Of a DNA stretch of 64,000 bases, positions 12,987 through 24,608 are shown piece after piece (the stretch's first letter is position 1; each line of letters starts with the position of its first letter). The notes beneath the pieces were generated by a model, which searched no databases, had not been told where the DNA came from, and saw only the letters and a list, made by a program, of their open reading frames with translations. The position numbers and the translations under genes were made by a program. This stretch comes from Nemertoderma westbladi (taxonomy: Eukaryota; Animalia; Xenacoelomorpha): positions 1 to 64,000 of the forward strand of contig JAUCBJ010003098.1 in NCBI GenBank assembly GCA_032718475.1, given 5' to 3'.

Positions 12987-12990
12987 CGCA
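12485..12990 (-). repeat. 30-bp coding minisatellite (about 17 copies, APNVSNRTPT) at the LINE ORF2 N-terminus
   Basis: Unit GGTTGGACACATTCGGAGCGGTCGGGGTCC on +, in frame with the APE domain on -. Confidence 0.9.
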
Positions 12991-13724
12991 ACTTGGGTCT
13001 GAGTTGAGTAGGTAGTAGCAGTACCCCTAGCATCGGTTTGTAGTAAATAGCTTGGAAGATTTCAATACGCCTCTGTAACCTGCTCCTTTCAGCCTTTAAA
13101 TAAAAGTAACCTGCATAATCTTGTAACATGTGTTAACTTTCGTTTATTGTTTTGGTTCCCCCATTAAAACTTTTTATGTGATAGATACCAACGCGTTGTT
13201 GTTGAAGGCGAACATTCTGATTGGTTACCTGTGGTCAGTGGAGTACCCCAAAGGGGCAGTTGACATTCCACATACAATCATTACCGCCACAACCGTGAAC
13301 TCAACTTTATCCAAGAAAATTACACAAATGGCCCTGCTTTTGCTTCTTCTACCTGGAAACTATCTAAACAGCGCAATCGTCACGTATTAACAGGATTTAC
13401 ATCTCACGGTTTTCACCACAAAATTTGCCAAACAAACCGGCCTTTCCACTCACTTTCAACAGACTGTATCTGCCTCTATTGCCATGGCAACTGTTGTGAT
13501 CGCTACCACGCTTTGCACTGTGCATCTGCACCGACTCTGACCGAACTAGCCTCTAAATAAAACTCGGAACCTTTACTTTGCACTACGCTCCTTTAAATTT
13601 AAATTTAATATTCTGGTGGCGGTTTGTATTATTAATTATAATAGTTTATTCATAATTATTGTGCTCTAAACTATATTACCTTGATTAAAGGTGTAGTTAA
13701 ACTAAAAAATAAAAAATAAAACGT

Positions 13725-13934
13725 AAAAAAAAAACTAATACCGGTACTGATAGCCTGAGAGAACAGCAGTAGAGAAACCGGTAGCATGGAACCTAACAGT
13801 AGATTTCTGGAGGACATAAAAAGTAAAAAAAAAAACTAATACCGGTACTGATAGCCTGAGAGAACAGCAGTAGAGAAACCGGTAGCATGGAACCTAACAG
13901 TAGATTTCTGGAGGACATAAAAAGTAAAAAAAAA
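13725..13934. repeat. Tandem duplication of about 100 bp bounded by A-runs, upstream of hnRNP F/H
   Basis: CTAATACCGGTACTGATAGCC...GGACATAAAAAGT occurs twice. Confidence 0.9.
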
Positions 13935-14263
13935 GGACAAAAAAGGATTTAAACAGACAATACAAATTATTGAGTAACTATATGTTACATTCGATCCTGA
14001 TTCCTGATTACGTTCGGTCATGTACAGATGTATCCACTTTATTATTATCGGTACAGGTACCGGTAGTGTGTAGAGTTGGTTGGTGTTGATTCCTGTTTGA
14101 GTTTGTGCTACCGGTAGCCTTTTTTTTTTTTACCGGTAACGGTACCTTACAGCCTTACCTACCAGTTTCCTATCTGTCTGTACCAAATAGCCGACTTTGT
14201 TTTTTTTACTTGTATGTATTGCTGTATTGTAATATTTAATATTGTTCCTTGTCACACTCAATC

Positions 14264-15188
14264 ATGTCAGGTTTGGTTGTCAAAGCCCGAGGCCTACCTT
14301 GGTCAGCGGGAGAGTCTGAATTGAAGCAGTTCTTTGAGGGATGCAGCATTCGAAATATTCTGATTCCCAAAACACAAGAAGGGCGCTCAGCCGGGGAGGC
14401 TTTCGTTGAATTCGAAACAGAAGAAGATTGTATGAAAGCCGAGTCCTACAATAACAAATACTTAGGAAAAAGGTATATTGAGGTAACTAGGTCGAAGGCG
14501 TCCGAAATGGAATGGGTTCAAAAAAAGGGAAGTTCTGGTGGATCGGGTGGAGGCGGAGGAGAGAGAATGACTGAGGCAATAGTACGGATCAGGGGTCTCC
14601 CTTACGGGTGTAGTCGGGAGGAAATAGCTCAGTTTTTTGCGGGTTATGCGATAGAACGCAACGGGATAGTCACGGAAAAAGAGGCTCCGTATTTGCCAGA
14701 GGGGGAAGCTTTTGTATTTTTTACCAATCCTTCGATCGCCGAGTCGGCCCTGAGGGACAAACAGAAACAAAATATTGCCCACAGATACATAGAGATATTC
14801 CGCTCGTCCAGCAATGAGGTCAATAAGTACATGTACGGAAGCGGCATGTCTGGCCGCGGGATGCAGCAGGGGGGACGCCCATCCCCTTACGAACGGCACG
14901 GAGGGGGCCCCAGTGGCGGCGGGGGGATCCCGGGGGGATTCCGTCAAGGTCGGATAATGGGCTCGGGAGGTGGGAGGATGGGGAACGGTGGTGGTTTCCC
15001 ATTCAACTACAGGGGTGGATATCAGGACGACTACATGTCCATGTCGGGAGGTATGCAACAAGGTTTTGGAGGCGGCGGTGGTGGCAACTATTCCGGGGGT
15101 GGTGGCAACTACTCTGGTGGTTCGGGAATGAGTGGTTTCGGAGGAGGGATGATGTCAGGTGGTGGTGCCATGGGTGGTAGCCGGTCAG
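14264..15188 (+). CDS. HNRNPH: hnRNP F/H family (glorund-like) RNA-binding protein, exon with qRRM1, qRRM2 and Gly-rich linker
   Basis: VVKARGLPWS...GEAFVEF...KRYIEV and VRIRGLPYGC...GEAFVFF...HRYIEIFRSS, plus RPSPY and a GY-rich region. Donor TCAG|GTTGGT at 15189 (phase 1). The ATG at 14264 is assumed; an upstream exon spliced to the AG at 14269-70 cannot be excluded. The symbol is family-level only. Confidence 0.88.
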
Positions 15189-15305
15189 GTTGGTGGTTAC
15201 TCTATCTATGGTACTGTTTGTGTAGACCTAGTCTTATTTGTGGTAGCCGGTCAGGTTGGTGGTTACTCTATCTATGGTACTGTTTGTGTAGGCCTAGTCT
15301 TATTT
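15174..15305. repeat. Two tandem 66-bp copies spanning the exon/intron junction (third copy at 16770-16835)
   Basis: GTGGTAGCCGGTCAGGTTGGTGG...GTCTTATTT at 15174, 15240 and 16770, flanking an RTE fragment like a long target-site duplication. Confidence 0.9.
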
Positions 15306-15745
15306 GTGGTAGTCAGGTGAGGACCTTCGAATACTTACGGGAAAGGCATGGGCAGCCTTGAATAGGCTTTCCAGGATTTGGAAGTATCCGAGAATTAATC
15401 GGAAACTTAAGGTCCGATTATTTAGAGCAGCAGTAGTTCCAGTACTCCTCTACGGGAGTCCATTCTGGGCTCTAACTGCTGAGGACACCAAATCTCTGGA
15501 TTATTGATAGTAACAATGTGTTGGCAAGCTGTATTTTTCGAGGTGTTTGTTATTATACATTTATTATAGGAAGGGATCTAGGGGTCTTTACCTCGAATGT
15601 TAAGTTTATTTTACCGAAAATAACTTATCTTTTATTGGCGCAATTGTAGGACTAATCCCATAACATGCGTACTTTTTATCCGGGTAGTGTACAAATTTAA
15701 GAATCGCGTAATTTTTCTTGAAATTAATGTCTCATATCTCTCCAA

Positions 15746-15788
15746 ACCACGTACGCGTTTCGACCTTACTGGGTCTCATCAGCGTGGT
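15746..15788 (-). ncRNA. Type I minimal hammerhead ribozyme, copy 1
   Basis: Minus strand reads ACCACG-CUGAUGA-GACC(CAGUAA)GGUC-GAAA-CGCG-UA^CGUGGU: intact catalytic core, 6-bp stem I, 4-bp stem II, and a minimal palindromic stem III (ACGCGU). Confidence 0.88.
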
Positions 15789-15851
15789 GTCGGATTCGAA
15801 CCTGGGACCTCGAGGTGGAAGCCGAGACTACAACCACTAGGCCACAGGTTC
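15789..15851 (-). promoter_or_regulatory. tRNA-derived Pol III internal promoter (A/B boxes), copy 1
   Basis: A box TGGCCTAGTGG (15844-15834) and B box GGTTCGAATCC (15802-15792) at tRNA-like spacing. Acceptor and T stems do not pair. Confidence 0.75.
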
Positions 15852-16157
15852 TTGAGATATGGAGTATTAATTTCAAAGCCAGCTGCCATTTTATTAGCCC
15901 CTGAGTTTTTGATTATTGATAGTAACAATGTGTTGGCAAGCTGTATTTTTCGAGGTGTTTGTTATTATACATTTATTATAGGAAGGGATCTAGGGGTCTT
16001 TACCTCGAATGATAAGTTTATTTTACCGAAAATAACTTATCTTTTATTGGCGCAATTGTAGGACTAATCCCATCACATGCGTACTTTTTATCCGGGTAGT
16101 GTACAAATTTAAGAATCGCGTAGTTTTTCTTGAAATTAATATCTCATATCTCTCCAA

Positions 16158-16200
16158 ACCACGTACGCGTTTCGACCTTACTGGGTCTCATCAGCGTGGT
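16158..16200 (-). ncRNA. Type I minimal hammerhead ribozyme, copy 2
   Basis: Identical to copy 1, 412 bp away. Confidence 0.88.
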
Positions 16201-16263
16201 GTCGGATTCGAACCTGGGACCTCGAGGTGGAAGCCGAGACTACAACCACTAGGCCACAGGTTC
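16201..16263 (-). promoter_or_regulatory. tRNA-derived Pol III internal promoter, copy 2
   Basis: Same A and B boxes as copy 1. Confidence 0.75.
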
Positions 16264-16990
16264 TTGAGATATGGAGTATTAATTTCAAAGCCAGCTGCCA
16301 TTTACCAGCTGGCTTGTCTGTTTACCGGCTGCCATTAGTCCTACAATTGCGCCAATAAAAGATAAGTTATTTTCGGTAAAATAAACTTATCATTCGAGGT
16401 AAAGACCCCTAGATCCCTTCCTATAATAAATCTCTGGATGGCACATTCACAAGAATGCTACTCCGGGTTCATTGTGTCAAGTACAATGCACACATCTCCA
16501 ACCAGACACTATATAACATTGGAGGTGTCTCATTGGTTCCCCCAAGCTTGACACTAGAACAAAATCGCGTGAATTATCGTGAATAAGCATGGTGGACAGC
16601 CCATGACTTTCTTGAGACGCATCTTAAAGGACACTGGCCTTGAAGATGCGGATGATCTAGCAAATGTCATGGGTGATAGGGAGTTGTGGCGGTGCAATTT
16701 TGTTGACAAGCCGGCACAGCATTCTTAAAAATGCAGTTCCAATGCAGCATGCCGATCCTAGTAGTAGTAGTGGTAGCCGGTCAGGTTGGTGGTTACTCTA
16801 TCTATGGTACTGTTTGTGTAGGCCTAGTCTTATTTAGGTCTAATATAGGATAAAGGGGGAAAGATTATGAGTGTGGAATGGGAATAACTACAGAACTATT
16901 AGGTTGGATGGAGGGTAAGGGATTGGCATGGTAGCAGTGGCAAGATATAAACAGTTTTTGAATCGCATTTCGATTTTTTACTTATTTGGT

Positions 16991-18872
16991 ACACGCACAC
17001 AATCATACTCTTAGGTAATATTTTATACTATGTGCTACACGCACACAATCATACTCTTTTATACTTATGTGCTACTACACGCTCACAATCATACTCTTTT
17101 ATACTTATGTGCTACACGCACACAATCATACTCTTTTATACTTATGTGCTACTACACGCTCACAATCATACTCTTTTATACTTATGTGCTACACGCACAC
17201 AATCATACTCTTTTATACTTATGTGCTACTACACGCTCACAATCATACTCTTTTATACTTATGTGCTACACGCACACAATCATACTCTTTTATACTTATG
17301 TGCTACACACACACAATCATACTCTTTTATACTTATGTGCTACACACACACAATCATACTCTTTTATACTTATGTGCTGCTACACGCTCACAATCATACT
17401 CTCTTATACTTATGTGCTACACGCACACAATCATACTCTTTTATACTTATGTGCTACACGCACACAATCATACTCTCTTATACTTATGTGCTACACGCAC
17501 ACAATCATACTCTTTTATAATTATGTGCTACACGCACAAAATCATACCCTTTTATACTTATGTGCTACACGCGCACAATCATACTCTTTTATACTTATGT
17601 GCTACACGCACACAATCATACTCTTTTATACTTATGTGCTACACGCTCACAATCATAATCTTTTATATTTATGTGCTGCTACACGCTCACAATCATACTC
17701 TTTTATACTTATGTGCTACACGCACACAATCATACTCTTAGGTACTCTTTTATACTTATGTGCTACACGTACACAATCATACTCTTTTATACTTATGTCT
17801 ATGTGCTGCTACACGCTCACAATCATACTCTTTTATACTTATGTGCTACATGCACACAATCATACTCTTAGGTACTCTTTTATACTTATGTGCTACACGC
17901 ACACAATCATACTCTTTTATACTTATGTGCTGCTACACGCTCACAATCATACTCTTTTATACCTATGTGCTACACGCACACAATCGCACTCTTTTATACT
18001 TATGTGCTACACGCACACAATCATACTCTTTTATACTTATGTGCTACACACACACAATCATACTCTTTTATACCTATGTGCTACACGCACACAATCATAC
18101 TCTTTTATACTTATGTGCTACACGCACACAATCACACTCTTTTATACTTATGTGCTACACGCACACAATCATACTCTTTTATACTTATGTGCTACACGCA
18201 CACAATCACACTCTTTTATACTTATGTGCTACACGCACACAATCATACTCTTTTATACTTATGTGCTACATGGACACAATCACACTCTTTTATACTTATG
18301 TGCTACACGCACACAATCATACTCTTTTATACTTATGTGCTACACGCACACAATCATACTCTTTTATACTTATGTGCTACACGCACACAATCATACTCTT
18401 TTATACTTATGTGCTACACGCACACAATCATACTCTTTTATAATTTGTGCTACACACACACAATCATACTCTTTTATACTTATGTGCTACACGCACACAA
18501 TCATACTCTTTTATACTTATGTGCTACACACACACAATCATACTCTTTTAGACTTATGTGCTACACGCACACAATCATACTCTTTTATAATTTGTGCTAC
18601 ACACACACAATCATACTCTTTTATACTTATGTGCTACACACACACAATCATACTCTTTTATACTTATGTGCTACACGCACACAATCATACTCTTTTATTC
18701 TTATGTGCTACACGCACACAATCATACTCTTTTATACTTATGTGCTACACACACACAATCATACTCTTTTATACTATGTGCTACACGCACACAATCATAC
18801 TCTTTTATAATTTGTGCTACACACACACAATCATACTCTTTTATACCTATGTGCTACACACACACAATCATA
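16991..18872. repeat. 37-bp intronic satellite (about 50 copies, with 40-bp variants)
   Basis: Unit ATACTTATGTGCTACACGCACACAATCATACTCTTTT. Confidence 0.97.
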
Positions 18873-18929
18873 TTCATAGGTATTATTATGTATATCGGCA
18901 TGGCCTTGGAATTCATTACGAGTAACTTA

Positions 18930-19048
18930 TACTATAATTACTATTAATTTATTACCACCTACTATAATGATTATTACTTTATTACCTCCTACTATAATTA
19001 TTATTACTTTATTACCTCCTACTATAATTATTATTACTTTATTACCTT
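18930..19048. repeat. 30-bp minisatellite, left part
   Basis: Unit ACTATAATTATTATTACTTTATTACCTCCT. Confidence 0.9.
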
Positions 19049-22000
19049 TATTGTACTGTACACTAACTCTGTATGGTATTGGTAACATTGTACTGTACAC
19101 TAACTCTGTAAGGTATTGAACTATTGGTGTTGTCCCCTGACTGTCAGACATCCTGGCGCCAACGGGTATAGAGTAGAACTTAGAACTGCGTCACCTGCGT
19201 TTCTCCTACTCGCGATGCCCTGCTGCACTTGCAGTAGCTCCGGGTCGGGCCACCGCTGTAAGAGATGCACCTGCGTCACTGCGGGACGGGAGTGTACTAA
19301 CTGCGCCCCGGGAAAGAAGGGGAAGTGTTTCAACGGTGGTGGGACATCTTCCTCGCAGCCGCTGCCTTCTCCTACCGAGAGAATCGTATCCATTCCAGGT
19401 TCACTTTCACTGTCGCAGCCATTGCCAGCGGATAGTGGTGGCGAGGAAGAAGATGACGAAGTTCAATGGCATGATACTTTGGTGGACTTCGATATAACTT
19501 TATCGGATATGACCAGCCATTTGGGTGTTCCAGTGGCCTTTGTGTCGGGTGTCCCCGTGGCAAGTGCGGGTGGCCCCCTAGTCCCCACAGAGTCTGGTGT
19601 GGTCCCTCAAGTTCCCCCAGGGTCTACCCTTGGAATTCCCATGGTTCCCCCAGTGTCTGGCGTTGGTCCCTATGGCCCCCTGGTTCTCCCAGGGTCTACA
19701 GTCTCCCCAGGGGTTCTCCCAGTGTCTGGAGTCACCCCAGTGGTTCCCGCAGAATCTGGTGTTGGCCCCCTGGTTCCCCCAGTGTCTGGAATCACCCTCG
19801 TGGTACCCACAGTGTCTGGCGTTGGCCCCCTGGTTCTCCCAGTTTCTGGAGTCACCCACGTGGTTCCCCAAGTGTCTGGCATTGGCCCCCTGGTTCTCCC
19901 AGTTTCTGAAGTCACCCACGTGGTTCCTCAAGTGTCCGGCGGTGGCCCACTGGTTCCCCCAGGATCTACAGTCTTACCAGTGGTTCCCCCAGGGTCTACA
20001 GTCTCCCCAGTGGTTCCCCCAGGGTCTACAGTTTCCCCAGTGGTTCTCCCAGGGTGTATAGTCTCCCCAGAGGTTCTCCCGGTGTCTGGAGTCACCCTCG
20101 TGGTTCCCCAAGTGTCTGGCGTTGCCCCCCGGGTTCTCCCAGGGTCAACAGTGTCCCCAGTGGTTCCCCCAGGGTCTACAGTCTCCCCAGTTGTTACCCC
20201 AGGGTCCACAGTCTGCCCAGTGGTTCTCCCACCGCATGGCGTTGGCTCCTTGGTTCCGCCAGTGTCTGGAGTCACCCTCGTGGTGCCGCCAGTAGTGTCT
20301 GGAGCCACCCCCGTGCTTCCGCCAGTGTCTGGCATTTGCCCCCTGGTTCTCCCGGGTGTTAGAGTCTCTGCAGTGGTTCCCCCATTGTCTGGAGCCTCAT
20401 CCGTTGTTCCCCCAGGGTCTGGTACCCAGGTCCCGAGGGTGACTGAAATTACATGGGGTCAGAAAAAACTACCCAAACTCCAGTTTTTTGAAGCTCTAGA
20501 CAATTTGTACAACGAGGTGGTACATTGGCCCGCGAATCTATTTTTAGTGCCTCAGGGGGCGATTGGTCGACAATTAGTTGGGGAGATGTCGAGACTCATT
20601 GCTCTTGCATCTACGGAGAATCTGTTGACAGACGTTGCGGCGATTGCGCTAATGGTGTTGCCTGCCCTGCTCCTTCAGAAACCGAGTCGTTCTTCGACGG
20701 CGGCAACTCATCGTCGTGTTCTAGAACGGCGATTGGGGAGCTGGAGGGGAGGTGAGTTCGAAGAATTGGTGGTTGAGGCTCGTGCGATCCAGTATCACCT
20801 GCCGAAACGGCGGCAAACCGCTTTGCAAACTGTCGCCATGCAGAAGGCGTTCGTTCGCCATATGCTGACGGGGAATATTTCTGCCGCTACGAGATGCTTC
20901 AGTGAGGCTTACCGAGGAGCGCCAATGAAGTTGAACGATTCGTTCACTGATAAAGATGGCGTAATGAAGATCGTAGGTGACGTATTGCGTCAGAAACACC
21001 CCCCAGCGCAACCGGCGGACGAGTCCATACTCATCTCGGAGTTTAGCGGTGCGCCGGAGCATCATGAAGTTATATTTGAGGCGATTAACGGGGAGGTGAT
21101 TCTGTTGAGTTTACTCCGGATGAAGGGGAATGCCGCCGGGCCGTCCGGGTTGGATGTGCAGGGGTGGAAACACCTCCTGACAAAGTTTCGGACGGAGTCA
21201 ACCGGCCTGGCCAACCAGATTGTGGAGTGGGCGAAACAGATCGCGCAGAAGGTGGTTTCTCCGGATTCGATATCCGCGTTGCTAAACTCGCGTCTACTGG
21301 CGCTCGATAAGAACCCCGGAGTTCGACCCATAGGGATCGGAGAGGTTCTCCGTCGGGTCATCGGTAAGTCAATTATATACTGCATCCGTGAGGATCTCCA
21401 GGCTGTTGGAGGAGGGATTCAACTCTGTCTCGGCCAGAAAGCCGGCATTGAGTTCGCTATCCACAGCCTCAATGATGCGTTCGACGATGATGACTGCGAC
21501 GCAGTGCTACAGATAGACGCAACAAACGCGTTTAACATTCTTAACAGACAGGCTGCGTTGCACAATATTCACGCGGTGTGTCCGGCGTTACACACAATCA
21601 TAACCACGTAACCAACTGCTACAGTCGCCCATCCCGGTTGTTTGTTGGCGGAGACTCCTTGCTCTCCGAGGAGGGTACTACCCAGGGTGACCCGGTTGCC
21701 ATGGCGATGTTTGGGCGCGGGACCTTGCCGTTTATCAGGACGTTGGGCGAGAGCTGTAAGATCCTTCAGCGATGGTTTGCGGATGATGGGAATGCGGCTG
21801 GGAAGCTCGTCGAACTGCGTAAGTACTGGGATATCGTGTCTCGACTTGGCCCGCTGTACGGATACTACCCGTCGAAGTGTCACCTAACTGTTAAGCTGGA
21901 TAAGCGGGAGGAGGCCGAGGAATTATTTGCCAATACCGGCGTCATAATAAACACGGTTGGCCACGAACTCCTCGGCGGGGTTATCGGGACGGAGGAGTTT

Positions 22001-23470
22001 CGACGCGAATATACCGCGAAGAAAGTGGAGGAGTTTACGGCCCAGGTCGACCGGATCACCGACATAGCTGCGGTGGATCACCACTGTGCGTACGCCGGGC
22101 TGGTGTTCGGTTTGTCGTGCCGGTGGCGGTACGTGTCGCGGGTAGTTCCTGGTGCAACCGACCACTTCGGGAAACTCGAAGAGTCGGTAGAACTCTTCCT
22201 CTGCCAGATCACCGGCAGAGCGTCGATTTCGTCGGAAGAAAGACAGCTGCTGTCCCTGCCAGTCCGGCACGGTGGATTGGGCGTTCCGGTTCCCGCCGAC
22301 CTCGACGCACAGTACGGCAACCCGCGCGATATGTGCGAACCGTTTCATCTAGCTGATACCCATTCGATGTCGGTAATCCGGGAGCGGCAGAAGCTGGCAT
22401 TGGCCGCGCTGAAAGTTCGTGAGGCGCTGCACCTGAAAACTAAAACAGAAGAGGTTTACAGGAATGGCAAGTTGTGTGAGTTAACCTCAGAGAAAGGCGC
22501 TTCAACTTGGCTTAACACCAAACCGCTAACCCAAGTTCAAACTCACCTAGATAAGGAAGAGTTCCGAGACGCCCTGAGTCTACGTTACGGGTGGTCCCCT
22601 AAGGATCTCCCAGCTCGTTGTGCATGTGGGAGCGATTTTCCGCTTCGCATATTCTGTCGTGCCCTACTGGAGGTTTCCCCTCCATAAGGCACAACGAGAT
22701 CCGCGATTTCGTGGCTGATTCCCTTACCGAGGTGGCGCACAATGTGGCAGTTGAGCCGATGCTCCAGCCACTGACAGGCGAGCAGTTCGCACTCCGATCC
22801 GCTTCGACTGACCAGCAGGCGCGGCTGGACGTTTCGGTGAGTGGCTTCTGGGGCAACCGCTTCCAGAGGACCTTCATCGACGTTTCAGTATTCAACCCGC
22901 TGGCCGCTACGAACGCCGCCATGTCTTTGGATGCTGCCCATCGCCATCACGAGGACCGAAAGATCCAGAAGTACGAGGAGCGGGTGAGGGAGGTTGAACA
23001 CGGCAACTTCACTCCCCTCATCTTCACAGCTTTCGGCGGGATGTCCAAAGCCGCCACGCAGTTTGTTACTCGCCTGGCCAACAAGAACACGGACAAAAGG
23101 GAGGTCCGGTACTCCGACAGTATCACCTGGGTTCGCCGGCGACTGAGTTTCGCGTTGCTGAGGTCGTCGCTGCTCTGTCTGCGTGGCTGTAGATCAGCTT
23201 CTCGCCGCCCAGTCCGCTGCAATATCGCGGAGGCGTCCATTCTCCTGGCGAATGCAAACTCGGACCCAACAGGCTGAATGGCAGTGCAGTGGTAGGCAGT
23301 ACACAGTACATACTGTTTAAATAGCAATCCGGTTGCTAGGCAGCCGTCAAATACAGCTGGTGGTGGTTGTACAATTGTGTATAATGCAGTAATGTTGAAT
23401 ATTAATAAGAATATATTACTATCCGACTAGTTGGTCGGGCGAAGAAAAAAAAAAAAAAAAAAAAAAAAAA
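19049..23470 (+). mobile_element. Apparently full-length RLE-type (CRE-like) non-LTR retrotransposon with poly(A) tail
   Basis: RT and restriction-like endonuclease. Poly(A) at about 23444-23470. CTTTATTACCTT on both sides (19037-19048, 23471-23482). The element splits a 30-bp minisatellite. Confidence 0.85.
19215..23277 (+). pseudogene. CRE-like single ORF (Cys-rich N-terminus, P/V/G repeats, RT, CCHC, RLE), broken by two frameshifts at about 21600 and 22640
   Basis: AAGPSG, RPIGIGEVLRR, IDATNAFN, GTTQGDP, FADD, LLG, RHGGLG. C-A-C...H-ILSC-PTGG...RHNEIRD, then ARLD...FIDV...E..K..KY (PD-(D/E)xK endonuclease). Confidence 0.85.
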
Positions 23471-24009
23471 CTTTATTACCTTCTACTATAATTATTATTA
23501 CTTTATTACCTCCAACTATAATTATTATTACTTTATTACCTCCTACTATAATTATTATTACTTTATTACCTCCTACTATAATTATTATTACTTTATTACC
23601 TTCTACTATAATTATTATTACTTTATTATCTCCTACTATAATTATTATTACTTTATTACCTCCTACTATAATTATTATTACTTTATTACCTTCTACTATA
23701 ATTATTATTACTTTATTACCTCCAACTATAATTATTATTACTTTATTACCTTCTACTATAATTATTATTACTTTATTACCTCCAACTATAATTATTATTA
23801 CTTTATTACCTCCAACTATAATTATTATTACTTTATTACCTTCTACTATAATTATTATTACTTTATTACCTTCTACTATAATTATTATTACTTTATTACC
23901 TCCTACTATAATTATTATTACTTTATTACCTCCTACTATAATTATTATTACTTTATTACCTTCTACTATAATTATTATTACTTTATTGCCTCCTACTATA
24001 ATTATTATT
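23471..24009. repeat. 30-bp minisatellite, right part (about 18 copies), ending just before the splice acceptor
   Basis: Same unit as 18930-19048. Confidence 0.95.
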
Positions 24010-24030
24010 TCTATATTCGCTCCCCATTAG

Positions 24031-24449
24031 GTATGGGTAAGAGAATGGGCGGTAGCCATGGTGGAGGCGGCAGTGACGGGAAGCATTGTGTCCACATGCG
24101 GGGACTACCCTACAGAGCAACCGAGGCGGACATCCACGACTTCTTTAGTCCGCTGATTCCCGCCACCGTCAAGATCATAACCAACGAGCAGGGTAAGGCT
24201 AGCGGCGACGCGCAGGCCACGTTCGCATCGCACGACGATGCGGTAAACGCGATGACAAAGGATCGATCGACCATCGGCACTCGCTACATCGAGCTGTTCC
24301 TTAACTCCACCAAGGGCTACGGGGAGTCCAGTGATATGATGGGCGGCGGTGGTGGGCAGAATTATGGATACGGCGATGGAACCAGTTACTACGAGAACCA
24401 AGGCGGCTCTGGGGGAGGCAGACGGTCTGGGGGGATTATTAACTTCTGA
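24031..24449 (+). CDS. HNRNPH: hnRNP F/H family protein, terminal exon with qRRM3
   Basis: Acceptor TCCCCATTAG|GT ATG, phase-compatible with the donor at 15189 (G+GT = Gly). [17 protein letters not shown]...[10 protein letters not shown]. Confidence 0.9.
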
Positions 24450-24608
24450 AATGATTCAAAGTAACTCATTTGACTAACTTATATTTTGCTTGCTAACTGA
24501 TTGGTTTTGTGTTCTATGGATCAATGTATTTAGGTTTTATTTATAGACTCAGTTGTTCTTAAACGTTGTTTGTTAATCACCTGGAATGCAGACTGAGTTC
24601 TGAGGATT

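Larger units (their letters stand above)
15502..16427 (-). mobile_element. Retrozyme/Penelope-type non-autonomous element: about two 412-bp tandem units plus an inverted partial unit
   Basis: Direct repeats 412 bp apart. About 16334-16430 is the reverse complement of about 15560-15656. AAATCTCTGGAT flanks both sides (15490-15501, 16428-16439). Each unit contains a hammerhead core. Confidence 0.8.
15311..16770 (+). mobile_element. RTE 3' fragment (same family as 1854-3312), interrupted by a retrozyme-like insert
   Basis: 15311-15501 and 16428-16770 match about 2722-3310, with an internal deletion, and end in (TAG)n. Confidence 0.9.

Noticed and set aside
15189-15361. C-terminus of the 370-aa ORF as the real hnRNP end
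   Set aside because: Read-through into duplicated intron sequence and RTE. The third qRRM is in the phase-compatible exon at 24031.
15789-15851. Functional tRNA genes here, at 16201-16263 and at 27375-27447
   Set aside because: A and B boxes are present, but the acceptor and T stems do not pair. These are tRNA-derived repeat heads.
17030-18947. Long His/Tyr/Cys-rich ORFs (up to 631 aa)
   Set aside because: Artefact of a 37-bp satellite whose unit has no stop codon in any + frame.
23431-24030. Poly-Lys/[13 protein letters not shown]
   Set aside because: Translation of a retroelement poly(A) tail and a 30-bp intronic minisatellite.
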